DNA of 15,524 nt from positions 1-15,524 of the forward strand of contig NZ_NVQC01000002.1 of the NCBI RefSeq assembly GCF_003044035.1, written 5' to 3'. The position numbers were made by a program, and so were the translations under genes. Positions 1 to 8,133 of this stretch are shown here, piece by piece; within the stretch, counting starts at the first letter, position 1; every line of letters begins with the position of its first letter. The DNA comes from Candidatus Methylomirabilis limnetica (GTDB lineage Bacteria; Methylomirabilota; Methylomirabilia; Methylomirabilales; Methylomirabilaceae). The notes below the pieces were generated by a model. That model saw only the letters and a program-made list of their open reading frames with translations. It ran no database searches and was not told the DNA's origin.

Positions 1-165
1 TACGGGTTATCCAACGCCGTGCGTATGGGCTGCGGGATGAAGAATATCTGAGGCTGAAAATACTCACGTCCATGCTCCCGGCACTCTGAAAAACATGAAA
101 TTCACCCACTCGATTACGCGAAGAGCCATTATTTCTACCTCGACAGCACGCCGACCCACTCGTAC

Positions 166-531
166 ATGAAGTACCTCTACAAGTATCCCCAAGCGGCCTT
201 CCCCTACGCCGACCTTTTGGAGACGAATCGTCGTCGCACTCGGGACGAGATGGAGTATGAACTCCTCGACACCGGCGTCTTCAATGACGACCGATACTTC
301 GACGTCTTCGTAGAGTACGCCAAAGACGGTCCGGAAGACATCCTGGTGAAGATCACCGCAGCCAACCGTGGGCCGGAAGCGGCCGAACTGCATCTCCTGC
401 CGACACTGTGGTTCCGCAACGACTGGTCGTCGTGGATAGCCGAATCTAACAGAGCTAGTGAGAAACCAAGCCTCAGGCAGATAACCCCCCCTCATCCCCC
501 CTTGGTAAGGGGGGGCAAGGAGGGGGTATAA
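166..531 (+). pseudogene. Upstream fragment of a GH63-like (alpha/alpha)6 glucosidase gene; same gene as 591..2606, separated by a 1-nt frame change. The frame is open from 58 and the ATG at 166 is probably internal.
   Basis: The translation ([64 protein letters not shown]) matches my recollection of the N-proximal region of ~880-aa bacterial 'glucosidase / MGH1-like' proteins. The ORF ends at TAA 529-531, at the 3' edge of a repeat element. Confidence 0.6.
485..531 (+). repeat. C-run/G-run hairpin mini-element, copy 1 (inside the GH63 gene)
   Basis: 485-529 = C7-TCAT-C6-TT-GGT-AA-G7-C-AAGG-A-G5-TAT. Inner stem CCCCCCTT (496-503) / AAGGGGGG (507-514). Near-identical copy at 814-858. ATAA occurs on both sides (481-484 and 528-531). 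Confidence 0.8.
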
Positions 532-590
532 CCGCGGTCGCGGCGGCTCATCCGCTGCTGGGTGAATTTATCCTTTCCTGTGAAGGCGAG

Positions 591-2606
591 GTGCCGCTGC
601 TCTTCACCGAGAACCATACCAACTCCGAGCGGCTTTTCCCCGGACGAGAAAAGAACGAGAGCCCCCACGTCAAGGACGGCATCAACGACTGCGTGGTACA
701 GGGCAATCGGGGCGCAGTGAACCCAGACAAGCAGGGCACCAAGGTCGCGGCGCACTACCAGGCCACTGTCGGCGCCGGCAAGAGCAAGGTGATTCGCCTG
801 CGGCTCTCCAACACCCCCCCTCATCCCCCCCTTGGTAAGGGAGGGCAGGAAGGGGTATCGGGCAAACCTTTTGGCAAGCAATTTGATGAAGTTTTTGCTG
901 ACCGGCTGCGTGAAGCCGATGAGTTTTACAAGTCGGTCACTCCGCCATCAGTGAGTGCAGACGCGGCCAATGTGATGCGCCAGGCCATCGCCGGCATGCT
1001 CTGGAGCAAGCAGTTCTTCTTCTTCGACGGTGATAACTGGCTGGACGAGCACAACTCCAACCCGCTCCATACCGGATATCGAAATTCCCGAAACTCGGAA
1101 TGGTTTCACATGGTGAACGAGGACATCATCTCCATGCCCGACAAGTGGGAGTACCCCTGGTACGCGGCCTGGGATCTGGCGTTCCACACGCTGCCGCTTT
1201 CGATCGTAGACCCCGACTTCGCCAAGGAGCAGATGCAACTGATGCTCAAGGGCGTTTATCTGCACCCCAATGGCCAGATGCCCGCGTACGAGTGGAACTT
1301 CAGCGACGTGAACCCCCCGGTCCATGCCTTTGCGACACTGTTTCTGCAACGCACCGAGCAGGCCCTGCGCGGCGAGACGGACCTTGATTTCCTCAGGGAG
1401 ACATTCAACAAGTTGGTGCTGAACTTCACCTGGTGGGTGAACCGCAAGGACCGCTTCGGCAAGAACGTATTCGAAGGGGGCTTCCTCGGCCTCGACAACA
1501 TCAGCGTCTTCGACCGCAGCGCGGCTTTGCCCACTGGCGGGAACCTGGAGCAGGCGGACGGCACGGCGTGGATGGCCCTCTTCAGCCAGAACATGGCTGA
1601 GCTCGCGATAGAGCTAGCCGTCCATGATCCTACCTACCAGGACATGGTCGTCAAGTTTGCGGAGCATTTCTACTATATCGCCCTGGCCATGAACAAACCT
1701 GATCAGGCCGGCATGTGGGACGAGGAGGACGGCTTCTACTACGACCTGCTGCGGCTGCCGGACGGCAGCGCCACGCGGCTCAAGGTGCGCTCGATGGTGG
1801 GGCTGCTGCCCCTGTGTGCCACCACGGTGGTCGAGAAATGGCAGCGGGAGGCCATTCCGGGGACGATGGCCCAGATAGCTGAACGCTTACGCCGCCTACC
1901 CGAACTCCGGGAGAGCATCCACCCCACGGGTCCGGGCCATTTCGGCGTGGCGGACCGCGGGATCATGGCCCTGGTCAACCCGGAGCGGCTCCGCCGGATC
2001 CTGACCAAGATGCTCGACGAGAACGAGTTCCTCGGCCCCTACGGCATCCGCTCGCTCTCCAAGTTCCACGAGCAGCACCCGTATGTTTTCCACGTGCAAG
2101 GCCAGGAGTACCGGGTGGACTACCTGCCGGCCGAGTCGAACACCGGAATGTTCGGCGGCAACTCCAACTGGCGCGGGCCGGTCTGGATGCCGGTGAACAC
2201 GATGATCATCCGTGCGCTGCTGAATTTCTACCTGTACTACGGTGACAACTTCAAGATCGAATGCCCCACGGGTTCGGGGAATATGATGAACCTGTTCGAG
2301 GTGAGCAAGGAGATCGCCGACCGGCTCGGCCGGATATTCACCCGTGACGAGAACGGCCGGCGGCCTGTGTACGGCGGCACCGAGAAGTTCCAGAGCGATC
2401 CCCACTGGCGCGATCACATCCTCTTCTACGAGTACTTCCACGGCGACAACGGCGCCGGGCTTGGCGCGAGCCATCAGACCGGATGGACCGGGATTGTGGC
2501 CAAGACCATCCAGCTTTTCGGATTGCTCGATGCGAAGAAGTTGCTTGAGGCTGGTAAGGCGGGAGCCTTCGTCGGTGGCAAGCAGGGAGGGGAGGCGCAG
2601 AAATGA
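591..2606 (+). CDS. GH63-like (alpha/alpha)6-barrel glycoside hydrolase (glucosidase/MGH1-like), major part. GTG 591 is only the first start codon in a frame that is open from 462.
   Basis: Family-typical motifs: LLFTENHTN, AVNPDKQGTK, MLWSKQFFFFD, MPDKWEYPWYAAWDLAFH, HPNGQMPAYEWNFSDVNPPVH, NFTWWVNRKD, GGFLGLDNISVFDRS, GGNSNWRGPVWMPVN, HQTGWTG. The TGA at 2604-2606 overlaps the next gene's ATG. Confidence 0.85.
   Translation: MPLLFTENHTNSERLFPGREKNESPHVKDGINDCVVQGNRGAVNPDKQGTKVAAHYQATVGAGKSKVIRLRLSNTPPHPPLGKGGQEGVSGKPFGKQFDEVFADRLREADEFYKSVTPPSVSADAANVMRQAIAGMLWSKQFFFFDGDNWLDEHNSNPLHTGYRNSRNSEWFHMVNEDIISMPDKWEYPWYAAWDLAFHTLPLSIVDPDFAKEQMQLMLKGVYLHPNGQMPAYEWNFSDVNPPVHAFATLFLQRTEQALRGETDLDFLRETFNKLVLNFTWWVNRKDRFGKNVFEGGFLGLDNISVFDRSAALPTGGNLEQADGTAWMALFSQNMAELAIELAVHDPTYQDMVVKFAEHFYYIALAMNKPDQAGMWDEEDGFYYDLLRLPDGSATRLKVRSMVGLLPLCATTVVEKWQREAIPGTMAQIAERLRRLPELRESIHPTGPGHFGVADRGIMALVNPERLRRILTKMLDENEFLGPYGIRSLSKFHEQHPYVFHVQGQEYRVDYLPAESNTGMFGGNSNWRGPVWMPVNTMIIRALLNFYLYYGDNFKIECPTGSGNMMNLFEVSKEIADRLGRIFTRDENGRRPVYGGTEKFQSDPHWRDHILFYEYFHGDNGAGLGASHQTGWTGIVAKTIQLFGLLDAKKLLEAGKAGAFVGGKQGGEAQK
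814..858 (+). repeat. C-run/G-run hairpin mini-element, copy 2 (in-frame inside the GH63 gene)
   Basis: 814-858 = C7-TCAT-C7-TT-GGT-AAGGGAGGG-C-AGGAA-GGGG-TAT. Same orientation as copy 1. Translated in-frame as TPPHPPLGKGGQEGV. Confidence 0.8.
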
Positions 2607-4084
2607 AGGCCTTATCCGCTTACCCCTCGCTCTATCAAATCAACAGCCGCGTCTGGCTGACGGAGCTGTCTGGCGCTCTGGGCAAGCGCACGACACTGGA
2701 CGACATTCCCGACGCCGAGCTGGATCGACTGGCCGCGCTGGGTTTCGACTGGATCTGGTTCCTGAGCGTGTGGCAGACCGGCCCGGCGGCACAGCAGGTG
2801 TCACGCAGCAACGCTGGATGGCGCAAGGAGTTTCAGGAAACGCTGCCGGACTTGTGCGAAGAAGATATCGCCGGCTCCGGGTTCGCCATCCAAAACTACA
2901 CCGTACATCGGGATCTCGGCGGCGCTGCGGCGCTCGCGCGTTTGCGACAGCGGCTGCAGCAACGCGGACTGAAGCTGATGCTCGACTTTGTCCCGAACCA
3001 CATGGCGCCGGACCACCCGTGGATCGACGCGCATCCGTATTACTTTGTCCATGGTAGCGAGACGGATTTGGCGCAGGCACCGCGGAACTACTGCCGGGTG
3101 CAAACCAAAAACGGCCCACTGGTGCTCGCCTACGGACGCGACCCGTATTTTGAAGGCTGGCCCGACACGCTGCAGCTCAACTACGGCAACTCGGAATTGC
3201 AACAGGCGATGATCTGGGAGCTGCTGAGGATCGCCGGGCAATGCGACGGCGTGCGCTGCGACATGGCCATGCTGGTCTTGCCCGACGTGTTCGAAAGCAC
3301 CTGGGGCATCCGCGCCGAGCTCTTCTGGCCCAAGGCGACCGAAGCCGTGCGGCGCGAATATCCGCAGTTCCAGTTCATGGCCGAAGTCTACTGGGACCGG
3401 GAATGGACGATGCAGCAACAGGGATTCGATTACACCTACGATAAACGGCTCTACGACCGCCTGCGCGACGGTCACGCCCGGCCGGTGCGCGAGCATTTCC
3501 ACGCCGGATTGGATTATCAAAACAAAATGGCCCGCTTCCTGGAAAACCACGACGAGCCGCGGGCGGCTGCTACATTCTCACTGGAAGTTCACGAGGCCGC
3601 GGCCATCATCACGTATCTGTCGCCATGCCTGCGGTTCTTCCACCAGGGGCAGTTCGAAGGCATGATGAAGCGCATCTCGCCGCACCTGGTCCGCGCACCA
3701 GTGGAACCCCTCGACGGAACGCTGCACCAGTTCTACGACGGTCTCCTGGCGGTACTCAGGCAGCCCGTTGTTCGCGACGGCCAGTGGCGCCTGCTCGACT
3801 GCGCGCCGGCCTGGGATGGCAACGGGACGTCGGATGGCTTCATCTCTTGGTCGTGGGAGGCTCAGGACGGCGAGCGGCGGCTGATCGCCGTCAACTATGC
3901 CGGGACCCAGGGCCAGTGCTATGTCCGGCTCCCGTTTCCCGACCTGGCCGGCCGCACGGTGCGGCTCAAGGACCTGATGGGTCCCGCCAGCTTCGATCGC
4001 GGTGGAGACGACCTCGTGTCGCGGGGCCTCTATCTGGACCTGTCGCCCTGGAGCTACCACGTCTTCGAGATGACCATTCCATGA
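2603..4084 (+). CDS. GH13 alpha-amylase-family glycoside hydrolase, no signal peptide
   Basis: All four GH13 conserved regions are visible: LMLDFVPNH (I), GVRCDMAM (II), MAEVYW (III), FLENHDEPR (IV). G-rich SD-like GGGAGGGGAGG at 2585-2595. ATGA overlap with the upstream stop (2603-2606). Confidence 0.88.
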   Translation: MKALSAYPSLYQINSRVWLTELSGALGKRTTLDDIPDAELDRLAALGFDWIWFLSVWQTGPAAQQVSRSNAGWRKEFQETLPDLCEEDIAGSGFAIQNYTVHRDLGGAAALARLRQRLQQRGLKLMLDFVPNHMAPDHPWIDAHPYYFVHGSETDLAQAPRNYCRVQTKNGPLVLAYGRDPYFEGWPDTLQLNYGNSELQQAMIWELLRIAGQCDGVRCDMAMLVLPDVFESTWGIRAELFWPKATEAVRREYPQFQFMAEVYWDREWTMQQQGFDYTYDKRLYDRLRDGHARPVREHFHAGLDYQNKMARFLENHDEPRAAATFSLEVHEAAAIITYLSPCLRFFHQGQFEGMMKRISPHLVRAPVEPLDGTLHQFYDGLLAVLRQPVVRDGQWRLLDCAPAWDGNGTSDGFISWSWEAQDGERRLIAVNYAGTQGQCYVRLPFPDLAGRTVRLKDLMGPASFDRGGDDLVSRGLYLDLSPWSYHVFEMTIP

Positions 4085-5196
4085 CGAACACGTACCGGTT
4101 CCTGACCCGCCTCCTTGCGTCGCGGATCGCTCTTCTGGTAATCGTGGTCTGCCTCGCCGGCTGTACTAGCTTTGGCGCCGTGACGCTCGACCGCGACCGG
4201 CTCGACTACACCTCGGCGGTGGCCAATTCCTGGAAGCATCAGATGCTCCTCAACATCGTCAAGCTGCGCTATGCCGACACGCCGATCTTCGTCGACGTGG
4301 GGCAGATCGTCAGCAGCTACCAGTTGCAAAGCACATTCTCGGCCGTCGGGAGCATTTTCAATTCCAGTGGTGTAGTCCCGGGCGTTCCCGGCAGTAGCGT
4401 TGGTCTGGGCGCCCAGGGTCAATACACCGAGCGGCCCACGCTCACCTATGTGCCTCTTACCGGGTCCAGCTTCATCCGCACCTTGATGACTCCCATTCCG
4501 CCCATCCGCCTGATGGAGCTGATCGAGGCAGGCTACCGAGCGGATATCTTGCTACCGGTCGTGCTGCAGACCGTGAATGGGCTATCGAACGGCAGGGCCG
4601 GACGCGGAAGGCCACCGGACCTGGACTTCGCGCGGCTGGTGAGGGCCATGTGGCGGATCCAGGAGTCTGAGGTGATAGGATTCCGCGCCGAGGCGGACAA
4701 GGAAACGAAGCGCGAAGGGATCGTCATGACCTTCCCCAGGAAGGACGTGCCGCCGGACATTAAAGCCGATCGGGACGCGATCAGGAAGCTCCTGGGGCTG
4801 AACCCGGAGAAGTCCGAGTTCCGGGTAGTCTCCGGGCAGTGGGCAGGCCAGGACGATGTGATTGCCATGCAGACCCGCTCGGGGATGCAGATACTCCTCG
4901 AGTTGTCGGCCTTCATCGATGTCCCCGCGGAGCATATGCGAGACGGCCTCGCCCTTCCGGTTCCTCCGCGGCCCGCGGACAGCCAGGAGGCCCTGCCGCC
5001 CAGCATACGCATATTGAGTGGCGCGTCCCGGCCGGGCACGTCTTTCGCTGCGGTCCGTTACGGCGACCTGTGGTACTGGATCGACAACCACGATCTCAAG
5101 TCCAAAGGTCTCTTCACGTTCCTCCTGATCCTCATGACCCTGGCGGATACCGGGGAAAAGGCCCAGGCGCCCGTGCTGACCATTCCGGCCAATTGA
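4081..5196 (+). CDS. Uncharacterised lipoprotein (371 aa)
   Basis: ATG 4081 overlaps the GH13 stop (ATGA 4081-4084). N-terminus [28 protein letters not shown] has a canonical L-A-G-C lipobox. I recognise no catalytic motif. The longer ORF from 3625 runs out-of-frame through the GH13 gene. Confidence 0.75.
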   Translation: MTNTYRFLTRLLASRIALLVIVVCLAGCTSFGAVTLDRDRLDYTSAVANSWKHQMLLNIVKLRYADTPIFVDVGQIVSSYQLQSTFSAVGSIFNSSGVVPGVPGSSVGLGAQGQYTERPTLTYVPLTGSSFIRTLMTPIPPIRLMELIEAGYRADILLPVVLQTVNGLSNGRAGRGRPPDLDFARLVRAMWRIQESEVIGFRAEADKETKREGIVMTFPRKDVPPDIKADRDAIRKLLGLNPEKSEFRVVSGQWAGQDDVIAMQTRSGMQILLELSAFIDVPAEHMRDGLALPVPPRPADSQEALPPSIRILSGASRPGTSFAAVRYGDLWYWIDNHDLKSKGLFTFLLILMTLADTGEKAQAPVLTIPAN

Positions 5197-5247
5197 TAGG
5201 AGGGTGGTCGACACGAGCGCCCTCCGGGAGCGGTCGCCCCGCCCCTG

Positions 5248-5268
5248 AGTAGTTACAATACAACTACT
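5248..5268. promoter_or_regulatory. Perfect palindrome AGTAGTT-N7-AACTACT, possibly an operator or mini-hairpin
   Basis: AGTAGTT (5248-5254) and AACTACT (5262-5268). Related 8-mers recur: GTAGTTAC at 5250 and 5555, CAACTACT at 5261 and 5382. The last copy ends 7 nt upstream of ATG 5569. Confidence 0.3.
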
Positions 5269-5280
5269 ACTCCTTTCAAA

Positions 5281-5311
5281 ACCCCCTCAATCCCCCTTTC
5301 TCAAAGGGGGA
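5281..5311 (+). repeat. Intergenic relative of the C-run hairpin element
   Basis: ACCCCC-TCAA-TCCCCCTTT-CTC-AAAGGGGGA. Perfect 9-bp stem (5291-5299 / 5303-5311). Its 5' half has the same architecture as the elements at 485 and 814 (C-run, TCA[T/A], C-run+TT, loop, AA+G-run). Confidence 0.6.
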
Positions 5312-5395
5312 ACTATGGTGAAGACCCCTCTTTTCCAGTCCTTCAAGAATCTTATTTTGGACAAGCATGATGTATTACCAGCAACTACTCAGGTA

Positions 5396-5423
5396 TTTAG
5401 ACTGTAGGCTTTTAGACTGTAGG
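5396..5423. repeat. Tandem direct repeat, TTTAGACTGTAGG x2
   Basis: tttagactgtagg (5396-5408), c, ttttagactgtagg (5410-5423). Confidence 0.7.
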
Positions 5424-5524
5424 AACGCACACGGATGAGCCAGGCGTTTTCTGAATGCAACGCGAACATGATGGAGACCGAAAAGGTTCTGGGCTCCTTG
5501 ATTCGGTCCATGCACAATGACTAA

Positions 5525-5544
5525 CAGCCTTCAGCCTTCAGCCT
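5525..5544. repeat. 7-bp tandem repeat, CAGCCTT x2.9
   Basis: cagccttcagccttcagcct, ending 24 nt upstream of the cytochrome start codon. Confidence 0.7.
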
Positions 5545-5568
5545 AATCACCTTGTAGTTACTATTACC

Positions 5569-7938
5569 ATGACAAAACGGATCGCTTCTGATGCCAAGCC
5601 CACATCCCTCCTTGATCCCTCACAGGGTGGCAGGTGCGCGCGTATGGTGGTGCTCGCGATCGGGCTCCTCGCCACAATGGTTGGGTGTCAACAGCCTTCG
5701 CCACCGGGTGGGACGCCGACGTTCGTTGGTCTCGCAAAGTGTGCGAGCTGCCACCAGAAGGAGGCTGACGCCTACCGGGGCTCGGACCATGCCCTGGCCA
5801 TGCAGCCGGCGAACGACCAGACGGTGCAGGGCGACTTCGCCAACGCGCGGTTCTCGCATCGCGGGGTCACGTCCACCTTCTTCCGGCGGGACAGAAAGTT
5901 CTTCGTCCGGACCGACGGCGCCGACGGGACACTCGGCGAGTTCGAGATCGCTTACACCTTCGGCGTGAAGCCTCTCCAGCAGTACCTCGTATCATTCACC
6001 AACGGGCGACTCCAGGCCCTCGGCATCGCCTGGGATACCCGGCCGAAGGCACAGGGCGGCCAGCGCTGGTTCCACCTCTATCCGGCAGAGACCCTCAGGC
6101 CGCCGGATCTGCTCCACTGGACGGGGCGAGACCAGACCTGGAACTATCAGTGCGCGGAGTGCCACTCGACCGACCTCCGCAAGAACTACGACGTCGCCCA
6201 GAACCGCTACGCGACGACGTCGGCGGAGAGTACCGTGTCGTGCGAGGCCTGTCACGGGCCAGGCTCGGCGCATGTAACGTGGGCCGAGAGGCGCAAGCCC
6301 GGCGCGTCGCGGGCCGCCGCCGGCGCCACCGGCCTTGTGGTGCGGCTCGGTCGGGTCGAGGGGAGTTGGGTCATGAAGGACACGCAGCACGGCATTGCGG
6401 AATGGAGCGGCGCGCCGCGCTCGACCGCCGAGGTGGACGCGTGCGCGCGGTGCCACGCCAGGCGCCGGCCCATCGTGGATCCGTACCCATACGGTCGGCC
6501 CTTCCTAGATACGCATGTGCCGGCGCTACTCGATCCAGCCCTCTATCACGCTGATGGCCGGATCCTGGAAGAGGTCTTTGAGTACGGGTCGTTCATCCAG
6601 AGCCGGATGTTCCAACACGGCGTGACCTGCTCGGACTGTCATGAGCCGCACGGCCTCGGGCTCCGCGCAGATGGCAACGGCGTGTGCGCGCAGTGCCACT
6701 TGACCGCCAAGTTCGACACCCCGGATCACCACCACCATAAGGCAGGCTCGGACGCCGCGCGCTGCGTCTCGTGCCACATGCCGGCGCGCACGTACATGGT
6801 GGTGGACCCACGCCGCGACCACAGCTTCCAGGTCCCGCGGCCTGATCTCTCGGTGGCCATCGGCACGCCCAACTCCTGCTCTGGGTGCCACCTGGACCGG
6901 CCCCCCGGGTGGGTGGCAGAACGGATCGTGCGATGGTACGGCCCGGCGAGCCACGCGCGGCGGCCGCACTTCGGGCCGGCGATCGACGCCGGTCGGCGCG
7001 GGCTCCTGAGCGCCGAGAAGACGCTTGCCGCGCTCGCCACCGACCCGGACCAGCCAGGCATCGCTCGGGCGACGGCGCTCGCCATGCTCCCCGAGTACCT
7101 GAGCCCAGCATCGCTTCCCGCGGTCGAGACAGCGATAGGTGCCGTCGATCCTCTGGTGCGGTCTACGGCGCTTGCCGCGATCGAGACGCTCCCGCCGGCG
7201 GAACGGTTGCGGCTTGCCGCCCCCGGGCTCCGCGATCCTGTGCGGGCGGTGCGCCTGGCGGCGGCCCACGCGCTGGCCGGAGCCCCTAAGCAGACGCTCT
7301 CTGTCGAGCAGCAGGCCGACCTCGACCGGGCACTCACGGAGCTGGTCGCCTCCGAGATGGTCAATGCCGATCGACCCGAGGCGCATCTAAATCTGGCTAA
7401 CCTCTACACGCGGCTTGGCCGCTTGGCCGACGCGGAGTCCGAGTTAAAAACCGCGATCGTCCTCGATCCGCACTTCGCCCCGGCGATGGTCAACCTGGCT
7501 GATCTCTCCCGCGCACAGGGGCGCGATGCGGATGGCGAGCGCTTCCTCGAACAGGCGCTGCAGGTTGCCCCCGACAGCGCCGAGGCGCTCCATGCCCTCG
7601 GCCTCCTGCGGGTGCGGCAGGGCCGGAGAGGTGAGGCTGTGGGCCTGCTGCGCCGGGCAGCCCAGCAGAGGCCGGAGGTCACGCGGTTCGCCTACGTCTA
7701 TGCCGTAGCCCTTTACGGAAGCGGCGAGGCGGCCCGGGCGATTGCGGTGCTGGAGGAGGCACACCAGCGGCGACCGGCCAACCGGGACGTCCTGACCGCG
7801 CTGGCGACCTACCTCCGGGAGCGAGGAGATCCCAAGGCGGCGCTCCGCTATGCCGAACTTCTCGCCACTCTTGCGCCCGGCGACCGCGAGGTGCAGGGTC
7901 TGGTAGCATCGCTCCGCCGCCAGGCCGGTCTCCAGTGA
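5569..7938 (+). CDS. Octaheme c-type cytochrome fused to HEAT-like and TPR repeats; probable exported or lipid-anchored protein
   Basis: Eight CxxCH motifs: CASCH, CAECH, CEACH, CARCH, CSDCH, CAQCH, CVSCH, CSGCH (about nt 5740-6890). The C-terminal third has TPR-like repeats (AHLNLANLYTRLGRLADAESELKTAIVLDP, APAMVNLADL, ALHALGLL and others). The N-terminal hydrophobic segment ends in MVGC. An alternative start at ATG 5644 is possible. Confidence 0.85.
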   Translation: MTKRIASDAKPTSLLDPSQGGRCARMVVLAIGLLATMVGCQQPSPPGGTPTFVGLAKCASCHQKEADAYRGSDHALAMQPANDQTVQGDFANARFSHRGVTSTFFRRDRKFFVRTDGADGTLGEFEIAYTFGVKPLQQYLVSFTNGRLQALGIAWDTRPKAQGGQRWFHLYPAETLRPPDLLHWTGRDQTWNYQCAECHSTDLRKNYDVAQNRYATTSAESTVSCEACHGPGSAHVTWAERRKPGASRAAAGATGLVVRLGRVEGSWVMKDTQHGIAEWSGAPRSTAEVDACARCHARRRPIVDPYPYGRPFLDTHVPALLDPALYHADGRILEEVFEYGSFIQSRMFQHGVTCSDCHEPHGLGLRADGNGVCAQCHLTAKFDTPDHHHHKAGSDAARCVSCHMPARTYMVVDPRRDHSFQVPRPDLSVAIGTPNSCSGCHLDRPPGWVAERIVRWYGPASHARRPHFGPAIDAGRRGLLSAEKTLAALATDPDQPGIARATALAMLPEYLSPASLPAVETAIGAVDPLVRSTALAAIETLPPAERLRLAAPGLRDPVRAVRLAAAHALAGAPKQTLSVEQQADLDRALTELVASEMVNADRPEAHLNLANLYTRLGRLADAESELKTAIVLDPHFAPAMVNLADLSRAQGRDADGERFLEQALQVAPDSAEALHALGLLRVRQGRRGEAVGLLRRAAQQRPEVTRFAYVYAVALYGSGEAARAIAVLEEAHQRRPANRDVLTALATYLRERGDPKAALRYAELLATLAPGDREVQGLVASLRRQAGLQ

Positions 7939-7995
7939 CGTGGAGGCCGTTCGATGCTGCTTTCTCCTCGGGCTCGCGGGGCGGGTCGGGGGTCG

Positions 7996-8133
7996 TCAGC
8001 GTGCGTCGTTCATCACGTTCCGCAGATCGATCATTGCTCGCTGACTGACCTTGAAAAGTCCCTCCTGGGGACGGTCGAGATCGGCCACCAGGATTCGCGT
8101 TGCGTTTCGTGGCAGTCGCGCCGGCTTGCTCAC
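7996..8133 (-). CDS. Candidate 45-aa ORF coupled to the DUF4410-like gene (speculative)
   Basis: GTG 8133-8131 overlaps the upstream TGA (8132-8130) as GTGA. Translation: (M)SKPARLPRNATRILVADLDRPQEGLFKVSQRAMIDLRNVMNDAR. No SD and no family recognised. Confidence 0.2.
   Translation of the reverse strand: MSKPARLPRNATRILVADLDRPQEGLFKVSQRAMIDLRNVMNDAR

Noticed and set aside
49-57. TGA recoding (selenocysteine or an alternative genetic code) to explain the in-frame TGAs at 49-51 and 55-57.
   Set aside because: TGA clearly functions as the stop for several well-supported genes here (2604-2606, 4082-4084, 5194-5196, 7936-7938), and no SECIS-like hairpin is evident.
1896-2474. Long antisense or out-of-frame ORFs throughout the window (for example 1896-2474 -, 2640-3119 -, 2801-3550 -, 3578-4060 -, 4582-5214 -, 6526-7386 -, 6726-7364 -, 9266-9889 +, 11206-12363 +, 12197-12754 +, 13983-14507 +).
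   Set aside because: They overlap genes with clear family motifs on the other strand or frame. Their products are Arg/Pro/Gly/Ala-rich low-complexity sequence, as expected from stop-poor alternative frames in high-G+C DNA.
3625-4080. N-terminal 152-codon extension of the lipoprotein ORF (tracked as 3625-5196).
   Set aside because: It lies entirely inside the GH13 gene in another frame and is Arg/Pro-rich. ATG 4081 gives a canonical lipoprotein signal and an ATGA overlap.
5199-5225. GGAGGG...CCCTCC hairpin just after the lipoprotein stop, as a rho-independent terminator.
   Set aside because: The stem is short with a large, partly mismatched loop, and no T-run follows. The evidence is insufficient.
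5244-5393. Calling the 150-bp block bounded by 11-bp inverted repeats a definite MITE.
   Set aside because: There is no target-site duplication, and an 11-bp inverted match at this spacing is not very improbable by chance in a window this size. It is kept only as a hypothesis in the findings.
5315-5524. Short intergenic ORFs (about 29 codons from ATG 5315, and 29 codons at 5435-5524).
   Set aside because: They are very short, the first starts inside a repeat hairpin, neither resembles any family I recognise, and SD support is weak.
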